Shown: one piece after another, positions 53,532 through 64,000 of the stretch
How positions within the stretch are numbered: the stretch's first letter is position 1
Layout of the letters: every line of letters starts with the position of its first letter
DNA from: Octopus vulgaris
Taxonomy: Eukaryota
Assembly: GCA_951406725.2 (NCBI GenBank)
Contig: OX597821.1
Location: 106,144,001 to 106,208,000 of the forward strand
Direction: 5' to 3'
Length of the DNA stretch: 64,000 nucleotides
Position numbers and translations under genes: made by a program
The notes under the pieces: model-generated
The model's input: only the letters and a program-made list of their open reading frames with translations
The model's database searches: none
What the model was told of the DNA's origin: nothing

Positions 53532-53889
53532 AATAATATATATATATATATATATGTCTATAAACATACATATATGCACATACTTACATCTTTACATATA
53601 TATATATATGCATATGTGGGCACAGGACTTCATAAAATGTGTACAACAAAAAATACGAACCCCAAGTACAAGGAATATGAATCACGAAGGACACAATTAG
53701 AAAACAAGACAAACAACATAAAAAACGACCCTTCATCAGTTGTGGTCTGCTTCTCTACTCTCATATTTCGAGCATTTAACAACAACATATGTTTTCGATG
53801 AAGCAGTTGCTCCCGCAAATCAAATTAAATAAAATTTGGGATTTTGGGGAGGGTCAAAATTGGTAATACAAGCAGGACAATGAAATCAA

Positions 53890-54234
53890 ACGGGAAGGGC
53901 TGTTTAGCCTAAACGAAGCTGTGGCGGTGAACGCACAAATCAAGCCTGGACACGAGACAGACAAGAACACGTCTTCCTTATTCAAGAAACAACGGAAAGA
54001 AGGTAAGAAACAGAAGCTAGAAGAAGAAAGATGGCTGATGGTCACCTCTCCCTCACTCCTTCTCCCTTGCTCACGTGGCCATCAGCCATCTTTATTTCTT
54101 CTCCTAACTTCTGTTTCTTGCTTTCTCTCCGTTATAGCTTGAACAAGTAAGACGTGTTCTTGTCAGTCTCCTGTTCAAACTTGAATTACGCGTTCGCCAC
54201 CGCAACCTCGTTTAAGCTTAGCAGCTCTTCCCGT
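53890..54234. repeat. ~155-bp diverged inverted repeat inside a probable Penelope-like remnant
   Basis: acgggaagggctgtttagcctaaacga..gatggctgatggtcac vs gtggccatcagccatc..tcgtttaagcttagcagctcttcccgt. Confidence 0.75.
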
Positions 54235-54654
54235 ACAAGAAGGAAAAAAAAACTTTTAAATTCTTTGAAGGAAAAAAGCAGTCAAGGGATCTTAGTTACT
54301 GAGAGATTTCTCACGAAAAAAAATGGTAATAAAAGAATTATTAAACTAAAAGCTTGGTTTCGTACCTCATTTAGATATATCTAACAGATGAGTGCAACAA
54401 TGGCACTATCAAGTATTATTCGTAGCCACTTCAACATGGCTGCCCCGTTCGAACGGAATTATCTGGGTTTTTTTGTAACCTCATGAGGACATCTCTTCTA
54501 ACCATTCAACGTAAGATATAGCGATGTGTATTCTGAATCTGAAGAATACAGGCTACGAAATAGAAGTTTACATTTCGAAATTTGTGATCCAGGTTCACCA
54601 AGATCACATGCAATATGTTATTTTGTGTATTTATGTATGTTTTTATGTATGTAG

Positions 54655-54699
<45 letters not shown>

Positions 54700-54892
54700 T
54701 ATTCATAACCCTTTATTCGCATAATCACCGAACCTGGAACTTAACTGTGGTATTTCTATAGTACTCATTCAGCATTACCTAACACCTTTGGGTCTTAATG
54801 ACACCATTACCTCTCATAAACTCTCTATATGTATATGTATGTATATAATGTGTGTGTATGATTGTTTGTGTGTGTGGGCGTTTGTGTGTGTA

Positions 54893-54968
<76 letters not shown>

Positions 54969-56151
54969 TTTGTGGAGTTTCTACGTGGCTTTCGTCTACC
55001 AAGTTCACGGAAAGGAGGATTTGGGCAAGAGTTATAGTAGCAGACACTTGCGGAAGCTGTCAAGTCATGGTACTGCGAGCTTCTCTCCATTCAGTTATGC
55101 CAACGCTTTTTAATTAAAAATAATTTTTTAAATCATAGTTTCTAATATAATCACAGGCCCGAAATTTGATAGGTTGGGATTCAAATTTAGTTGTATTTGA
55201 ACTCAAACTGCAAATGGCTGAAATTAAGAAATCCACTTTTCTGTCAAATCTATCAATTCCAGCGTCAATATATTTTATCATAGAACATTACGTCCGTTTA
55301 GGCATTAACGTACGGGAGTTGTTAACATTTATTTATATGTGTGTGTGTGTGTGTCTCAACTATACCGCTTGATGACCGGTTGGTTTGTTTACTTTTCCGT
55401 ATTTACCAGTTCAGAGAAAATCGTCGATAAGACAAGTACCCGAGGCGAAAGCAATAAGTGATGTCAGTGGAATGATTTATTCAAGCTGGTGCCTCAGCAT
55501 GAGGGCAGTCCAATGCCTGAAACAAGTGAAAGGGAAAAGATACAAAATATTGATAAATTCCTCAAAAATTTCTCGATTTCGATCAGCTAAGGATTTGGTT
55601 AGTGATTAACCGATGTCGGGAAGTAAATCTTGACCAGACGATAGACGCAAGCAAATCTATATACACACGAACGCACGCACGCCCAAATACATACATACAT
55701 ACATACATACATACATACATACATACATACATACATACATACATACATACAAATCACAAATGCATAAATGTTTGTTCACTTCGTAACCACGTGATGTTTG
55801 GTTCAGTCCCTTTGCGGATACTCTGTAAGTACCTTCCCAGAGGCGATGGCCACCAAGTGCCTTATGAATAAATTTCGGTGACTGAAATGACGAGGAAGTC
55901 TGTCGTTTGAGTAGGTGTGTACGTATGTATGTACGTACGTATGTATGTATGTATGTATGTATGTATGTATGTATGTATGTATGTATGTATGTACTATGTA
56001 TGTATGTATGTACTATGTATGTACGTACGTATGCATGTATGTATCTATGTATGTATGCATGCATGCATGTAAGAATCTATATATGTATGTATCTATGTAT
56101 CTATCTATCTATCTATCTATCTATCTCTGTCTGCCTCCCGCTCTCTCTCTC

Positions 56152-56182
<31 letters not shown>

Positions 56183-58116
56183 TTAAAATAGTTTGATTTG
56201 GTGACATGCGACTTTAATGTTTCGTAGACCTCCTACAGAAGCCCACCTCGTCGAGCTCAGTTAACCGTACCCACACACCCACACATACTCACACATATAT
56301 ATATATTTATGTATGTATAAATATATACATACATATATGTGCTCATATGCGTGCATTTGCGTGCATGTGTGCATGTGTGTGTGCGAGAGAGAGAGAGAGA
56401 TCGCGTATTTGTTTATAACCAGTATTGGTTTGTTTACCTCCGCGTAACTTTGCGGTTCACCAAAAAGCAAGTGATATGATATGAACCAGGATTGTTTATA
56501 TGATATGACCTCGACTTGTTCGACTTAATCCTTCAAAACAGGGTGCCTGCATAGCCGTGGTGCAAAAACTTAAATAAGTAAATGTAAAAAGCATATTGAG
56601 TCAACATAATTATTAAAGTGTGTTGTTTGTTTTTATTTTTTGTTTCGCGCTTATGAGGCAACCTCTAATACAAAGCGGTTGTGTGTTTCTGAAACAGATC
56701 TCCTGTAATGAGTAAATAGACATATTGTGATCACTGATAAATAGTTGTAGGGGGTGATGTTTTGAAATAAAAGCAGTGAGGAAAAATAGCATGGAAAGCC
56801 TGAGAGAGAGAGAGAGAGAGGCGGAGAGGGAGAGAGAGAGAGAGGGTGAAATAGCGAGGTAGAGAGAAAGAGAAAGGGTGCGGTTTACAGTAAGGAAGGG
56901 ATTAAATGACTGAGAGTTTGGTAAATACAGGAACAGGGTTGTGAGAATGAGTGAGTAAGAAAAATGTAATTAGAGGATAAGATGTAGGTCAGATATAGCC
57001 CGAAAGATCTGGGATTTTGTAAGTAGAGAGGCAGAGTGAAATGCTTGCTGCCATAACCATGTGATAGGAAAAGAAACAAAGCCGTGTTGTTGGAAACGAA
57101 GAGGGAAGTTTGGATAGCTATAATTAAGGTAAAATTAAAAACAAACTGAGACAGAGATAGAGAAAGCAAGGGACTTGCAGAAAGAAAATAAATATAAAAC
57201 CTCAGAGTAAATTAGAGATAATGGATAAAAAATTATGTTTTAAGAGAATGTGGATGTAAAAACGTGAGAAATTCCCTTAAGTGTAGAAAATAATATTTGT
57301 TTAAAGTAAAAATATAAACAATAGAGAGAGAATATATCGAAGTGAGAGAAGTAATTTACAAAATATGTAGAGAGTCTAATAAAAATAAATATGAAGTTTT
57401 AAAATTGTAAAGATTCGCTGAGTGCGACAGAAAATGTCAAACAGCCTTTAGTAAAATATTTTAGATTTCATTTTTGTTATCGCTCAAGAACATAATGTTT
57501 CTACAAGATTAGAAGATTACGTTCCAATTTGTGGCACAAAAATATGTGGTTCTATAAATCTCGCCAAATAGAAAACAACCTACAATCTGCTTTCAAGAAA
57601 GTAGCTTCAAACATACATCATTTGGATTTCAAATGCTGCTTTGTTTTAGCTTTGACCAAAATAAACATACATAATACAATAGAGACTATTCATTTGAAGC
57701 TACCTCTGTCCCTACAAAGTTTTCGTTTTACATTTGGAAACAATCAACAATTTAGAGAAAATGACATGTTGCAGGATTTGAATCAGAGTGTTTTCTCATT
57801 GAAAGGACGTATCTCAAATTTTAGCAGTTCTTTATGTTGTTAGAATTATTAAAAAAGATATTTTGGAAAAATGTTTAACTCCAGATATATTTTGGGCTAT
57901 GAAAAGTTATTCAAATTAGGAATCCGAAACATTTAAAAAAAAAACATGTACCTGATTTTTTTTCCTCTTAATTTTTGTTCTCCTTTATAGGATAATCTAT
58001 ATATCTATACAGAGGACCATTATGTTCCACAGACTTATTCTTCCTTCATGCTAGCATGTATAGTGAGTAAACAGGAAAAAGTTGTTCGTCCCTTCAAATA
58101 TACATAAACACACACA

Positions 58117-58170
<54 letters not shown>

Positions 58171-58315
58171 CATATATATAGGGATGATATTATTAAAATA
58201 CCATCACAAGTGGTAAGCGAATTATCAGCCATACAGGCAAATTAATAAAATATATACATACAATATTAGATATGTACATATATACACAAGGGTGCTACAT
58301 GAGTACCTATATCGG

Positions 58316-58372
<57 letters not shown>

Positions 58373-58952
58373 TATATATAGATATAATAGATAGATAGAT
58401 AGACACACACACACATACATATATAGATATATATATATATATATATATATATAGATAGATAGATAGATATAGATATACATGCATACATATATTTCTCTTA
58501 TTGAAGTATGTTGCTGACAGTGACTTCGAAGTTTCGACTAGCTAAGATTTCATTGGAGCTTCGAAGTCATAGTTAACAACATTCTTGTATATTATAAACA
58601 CGTCCTCTACAAAAATATAGAGAAACCCATCGTATTAATGTAAAATTGTTTTTATTATAAGTGAACAAAAAAACAATAATATTAAGAGAATGTGTGTTTG
58701 AAAAGGTTAACCGAGAGAGCTCACAAACTAAGAACAAGATATTCTTCCCTAAAATGGTTAGTAACATCCTGATAAAAGATTTCATAAAATTTTTTTTAAA
58801 TCTTTTTTTTTTTTTATTTAGAAAATCACCTTTACACAAAACAGTGTTAAGTCATCCTCATAGACTTTCAAATATATGGAATAATATATAAGTATATATA
58901 TAGATAGATAGATACATATAGGTATTATAGATACACACACACACACACCACG

Positions 58953-58993
<41 letters not shown>

Positions 58994-59093
58994 CACCGCC
59001 TTTATATCGACCCCGGGAGTTATTCTTGTAAGCACATACACATCCGCTACACACACATCATATATATATATATATACATATATACGACAGGCT

Positions 59094-59162
<69 letters not shown>

Positions 59163-59199
59163 ATTAATATCAATTTAAAACTAGAAGTCTAGCATATTA

Positions 59200-59256
59200 A
59201 AATCTGGGACAAACACAGACACAAAAACAAACACACACACACACACACACACACAC

Positions 59257-59315
<59 letters not shown>

Positions 59316-59520
59316 GACGGGCTTTTTTCAGGTTCCGTCTTCCAAATCCACTCACAAGGCTTTGGTCGTCCCGAGGCTATAGTAGAAGACACTTGCCTAA
59401 GGTGCCACGCAGTAGGACTGAATACGGAACCATGTGGTTGGGAAGCAAAATACTGGGGTCGATTCTTTCGATTAGAATTCTTCAGTGTAGTGCCTCAGTA
59501 TGGCCACAGTCAAATGACTG
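59200..59520 (-). mobile_element. SINE family A fragments with an expanded internal microsatellite
   Basis: cgacgggctttttcaggttccgtcttccaaatccactcacaaggctttgg..catgtggttgggaagc. Confidence 0.7.
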
Positions 59521-59569
59521 ACACACACACACATATGTATAAACAGAGAGAGAGAGAGAGAGAGAGAGA

Positions 59570-60330
59570 ATATTCCAGATTTTCCGGTCAGACGTTTAAA
59601 TTCAAAGAAGTAAAAAAACTCTAAACTCCTTCAAACCAGGGCCCCCTTTAATGCACCTCTAACGCTCCAGTAACTTCCTTTCACCTCCATGGAAGTCCTC
59701 CAGAATGATAGAATCCCGAACCTTTGTCACAGAGTCCCTCATCTTCGAAATGACTGCCCTTGAGTTTCTGTTTTTGCTTCCACATGAGGAACAACCAAAT
59801 GTCATTGGATCTCAGATCCTGACAGTAGGGTGGGTGAAGAAGAATGTTTATGTTCATCTTCTTTGTCATGTTCTTTTTTATCAGGATTCTCGTCGCTGAT
59901 TATCCTGGAAAAAACCTTTGCAGAAATTGTGTGCATGTTCAAATCAGCATGAATAATTCTGGGTAAATTTTCCACACCAACTCCAAACTTTGTATTTCTT
60001 GTCTTTATAGAGACACCATAGTCTTCATCCAGATAACTGCTAAATTCATCAACCAGTTCTGATGTTCTGGTATTCCTATCTATCCTACATCTCTGAACAT
60101 CTTTCACCACCTCTCTAAAGTACTTGTGCCTCTTGTGTTTGCAAAAAAACAGATCTTATGCTCATGCAATTTAACTAATAAGTAGCTTGGAGCATTTTAT
60201 ATGTTTGCATAGCGAATTTGTTCAGGTTAAAATTGTGTTCACGTCCCATCTGCAATCTGAAAACGTGTTAATTATCACAAACAGTGTTTAAAAGGATGTG
60301 TTGAAAGTGCTATTACAGATGCATCCTTCT
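59570..60330 (-). mobile_element. Mariner transposase relic
   Basis: Fragments RIIHADLNMHTISAKVFSR and LLHPPYCQDLRSNDIWLF..LKGSHFE. Confidence 0.75.
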
Positions 60331-60479
60331 GTCTGGGATAACAGAATTTGGCAGGTCAGATTATTACTTGTAGGGTAATGAGATACGAAAGCTGTAATTG
60401 CCTCTCTTAAAAAATATCAAAACTTCTGCAATGCATTATGACGCATTATTGACGGTTTCTTGGCGTAAACTCTCTCTTT

Positions 60480-61028
60480 CAAGTATCCATGATTGAAACC
60501 TTTTTGCGCTCGGCCATTCAAGGTAAACCTGACACCTGGTTCCAATACGATGAGGCAACTGCTCATACCACAGGAGAAACAATGCAGTTGCTACGGCAGT
60601 GCTTTGGAAACAGCATAATCTCCCGCTACGGCAATATCAACTGGTATTCACGTTCCCCAGAATTGACTAGCCCGGATTTTACTCTTGTGAGGGATACCTG
60701 AAAGAGAGAGTTTACGTCAACAAACCGGAGACGATGAGGCAACGGAAGGAGAACATCGGTAGAGAAATCAGAGAAGTGGTGTCTGAAAACATTCGAGGGT
60801 GTTATGCAGCAATATGTGGAAAGAGCACGAGCGTGTGAAGCCGGAATGGCTGTCATTTAAGCTATGTCAGTTTTTATATTTTTATGTAGAATGTTGCAAA
60901 ATACAACTTGCGTATATCAATTTCTTTTATGTCCTTTATAATGTATCAAAATTTTATGCATTTATTTGTAACGTTAAGGAAGTTATTAAAAATTGAAACC
61001 CATAAGTGACATTTGGGACACGCTCTAT
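60480..61028 (+). mobile_element. Tc1/maT-like transposase 3' relic
   Basis: WFQYDEATAHTT..WYSRSPELTSPDF; TIR-like tttgggacacgctctata end. Confidence 0.75.
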
Positions 61029-61856
61029 ATTTATATATCGTATCGGAATATCAAACGTATTCTTTGATATTTTAAGAAGAATTTGGAACCATTAAAGTTA
61101 TCCTTTGGATCAAAACCACTCCTACGCTAAAGTGTTATAGTGAGACATCCTCATAATTTTCTCTCGAGCTCACTGAAAGAGGGAAATTATAATTACTCAA
61201 TAATAATATTTTACCCCTCTGAGCGTTCACATTTCTTGTTAACATATGGGAATTTAGGGAGTATTAAGTATTTTATTAAAACGTCTGTTTCAAATGTAAA
61301 AGTGAGAATGTAGGTTCTAAACACAACACACATGTTTAGATTTTCGATTAAAAAGAATACATCTAACATAAAAAGATATTTGACACTGTCTAACCTAGAT
61401 TACAGGGCGTTTGCACAGCGTTGGTTTTATTTCTGAACGTTACCAATATAATAAAAACATTGTATGCATTCATGATAAAGAGACCTTAGCTTCCTAAAGA
61501 CGTTCTGGATATAACACATAACGATAGCTGAACCGAACTACTTCGACATATTTTTCTTAAAGTGATATTGGTTCTATAAAAAAAATCTCCAATATAAAAA
61601 GAATGATGAAATACTCAATCAGAAAAAAGAAAAAGATGTCAGTTTTGAAGCAAAGCAGCAGAGGGAGGGAGTCCTAGAAACCAATCGCTGAAAATTAGAG
61701 ATTTCAATTACATGTTTCAGAGAAATATAGATTTGGCCATCTTCGTAAAACGAAATATGTCATCGGAAAATACTGAAGCAGAAATGTGTGGTTAAACAGC
61801 TCCCTGTGCCACCACGTGATATGGACTCAGCTCTTATGCACATGAGTCTTCTGTGG

Positions 61857-62190
61857 ACGAGCAATAGCCCAGTGGTTATGACAGCGGAATCGCGGTCATA
61901 AGATCGCTGTTCCTATTCCCAGACCGGGCGTTGTGAGCGTTTATTGAGCGAAAACGCCTAAATCTCCACAAGGGTGATGGCGAACTCTGCTGTATTCTTT
62001 CACTACAAATTTCTCTCTTTCTTCTTGTTTCTGTTGTACCTGTATTTCGAAGGAGCAAGCTTTGTCACACCCTATGTCACGCTCAATCTTCCCGAGAACT
62101 ACGTTAAGTGAACACGTGTCTGTGGAGTACTCAGCCATTTGCACGTTAAATTCACGAGCAGGCAGTTTATAAAGATCCACACTGATCAAT
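61857..62190 (+). mobile_element. SINE family C
   Basis: Homologous to 6899-7225. Confidence 0.8.
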
Positions 62191-62240
62191 ATCTCATCAC
62201 TGAATCTGGTTATCGAAAAGTGTGTGGAAGCCCTTTGCAA

Positions 62241-62275
<35 letters not shown>

Positions 62276-62277
62276 TA

Positions 62278-62486
62278 CAGGAAACCCTCGCATACCGTGG
62301 TCCAGTATTAAAAGCTGACATCGATTCCTCCGTAATGTTGTTTTACATTTATATTAAAATAAATACATACAAATTATAAAAATAATAATAATAAATATAC
62401 CGTACAGTACTGTTTATACTTCGTGGATTTTCAACTATCGTGGGTGTATTTGGAACGTAACACCCGCGATATTCGAGGGATTACTG
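62278..62486. mobile_element. Tigger/pogo-like MITE
   Basis: Imperfect TIRs caggaaaccctcgcataccgtgg and (reverse complement) cagtaatccctcgaatatcgcgg; TA on the left. Confidence 0.6.
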
Positions 62487-62654
62487 GTTGTATATACGTA
62501 GCGCGAGGTTGATCGCTCTTGATCGTTAGCTGCCCACATTGTAGCTTTTGACTTTTAGCTACCCATTTTGGATCACTAAGTTTTACTTGAACCGTCCACA
62601 CCTTTAACGTGATGAAATAGCCTAGCGTCTGTTCATCAGCTATAAAATAAGAAC

Positions 62655-62770
62655 ATTATTTACATTTGACGGATATTTGTCTTGATCTTTTTTTGTTATT
62701 AACAGAACGTTTTGGCTGATATACCCTCCATCAGGTGTCTTGGGGAAATTTTGAACCTGGGTTCTCATTC
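62655..62770 (-). mobile_element. Penelope-like pseudo-LTR remnant, same family as 3269-3447, with a damaged hammerhead
   Basis: Minus strand gacacCTGATG[deletion]gagggtatatcagccaaaacgtt. Confidence 0.6.
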
Positions 62771-62798
62771 CTAAGTTATTTTTCGATGTTGTTGCTGC

Positions 62799-62867
<69 letters not shown>

Positions 62868-64000
62868 GATTATTATTATTATTATTATTATTACTATTAC
62901 CGGAAATCGTACTCGGTATCTTGGGGTTAGTAGCCTGCGCTCTTAACCACTATGGCTCGTGGGCAATCATGGAGTGAATTTTAGGGCTTATAAATCTAAA
63001 ATTTTTCTATTTTTCCTTAATACCGGTTCCCATATGTTATTTATATCTGCACTCGGTCTGCTTAGGAGGTTGTTGTATCCTAGCATATGTGCTGCATCTT
63101 TTTCGTATTTTCCACTGGTGTTCTCTGTCTATTATTTTAACTTCACCCCACAGGGATGTTTCAATATCTCCTCGTGTCACAGCTTTGCGATGTTCGTCTA
63201 CCCTTATTTTGACGTATCGGCATGTGTCGCCTTTGTATAAACTGCCACAGCTGCATGGGATGGAATAGATAGAACTTGCTTTCTATCTTATGCCCAAAAA
63301 GTTTTTTATCTCATTATACCTTTTATTATTTCATATATTTTTATATTTTCACACATAATAATTTTTTCTGTACTCTTCCATCCTGCATTTTTTCCTGTGC
63401 CTATATAGACGTGTATATAGATTTATTTGTACATGTGTGTGAATATGTATGAGTGGTCGGGCGTGTATGTATATAGATGTGTGCGTGTGTGCAGGCATAA
63501 GAATACATATATATATAGACGTTTTTACTTGGTATTTTTACAATTTTTTAAGGGATTTTTGGGGGAGGGGGCATATGTATATTCCTTTTTGGTGTATGCG
63601 TGTGCGTGTATGCGTATATAAATATGTGCGGGTATGTACATATATGGGCGTGTGTGTGTATGAGTACATAAGGGCATGTCCGTATATGAACGTGGTTTTT
63701 ATGCTTTGTATACTTCCTTATGTTTTTTTCTGTATTGTTACCTTTAACCACGTTTTTTCTTGTGCTTGTGCGTATATAGACGTATGTATGAACTTTTACG
63801 GTACGCGTGTGTGTGTATGAGTTTGTATATATATGCGTATACATTTGGCGAAAAATGCGAGTGAAGATGTGTACGTTTTCATAGTGACGTATTACTACGC
63901 ACCTGGGTCCGCGAGCGCACATGTAAGCGTATGAGTAGCCATGTTTACGTGTTTACTATGAACATTTAATCTTAATTTATATAAGTAGCGGAATTATAAC

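Overview
This is AT-rich, microsatellite-saturated eukaryotic DNA. Its repeat content (tRNA-headed SINEs with internal TA/CA tracts, (TAA)n-tailed LINE ends, mariner and Helitron relics) suggests an octopus/cephalopod genome; that assignment is inferred from recognised repeat types, not from a search. Most ORFs in the supplied track are artefacts of simple repeats or SINEs. One credible host gene is present: an uninterrupted ORF (ATG 46411 to stop 47508, 365 aa) encoding a signal-peptide protein with two tandem Cys-rich domains and a GPI-type hydrophobic tail. The rest is transposon debris: Tc1/mariner relics (one with both TIRs), a Helitron with PIF1 helicase and intact 3' end, a Chapaev/Transib-like relic, R4/Dong-like LINE ends and at least four SINE families. 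The main unannotated signal is a dispersed set of minimal type-I hammerhead ribozyme motifs (CUGANGA...GAAA...NUH) with unrelated stems, several inside inverted pseudo-LTR palindromes typical of Penelope-like elements. Three of them share an A.A mismatch at the base of stem II. The window also holds many long inverted repeats and a clear template-switch (DUP/INV) rearrangement at 32.0-33.8 kb. Repeat boundaries are read by eye and are approximate.
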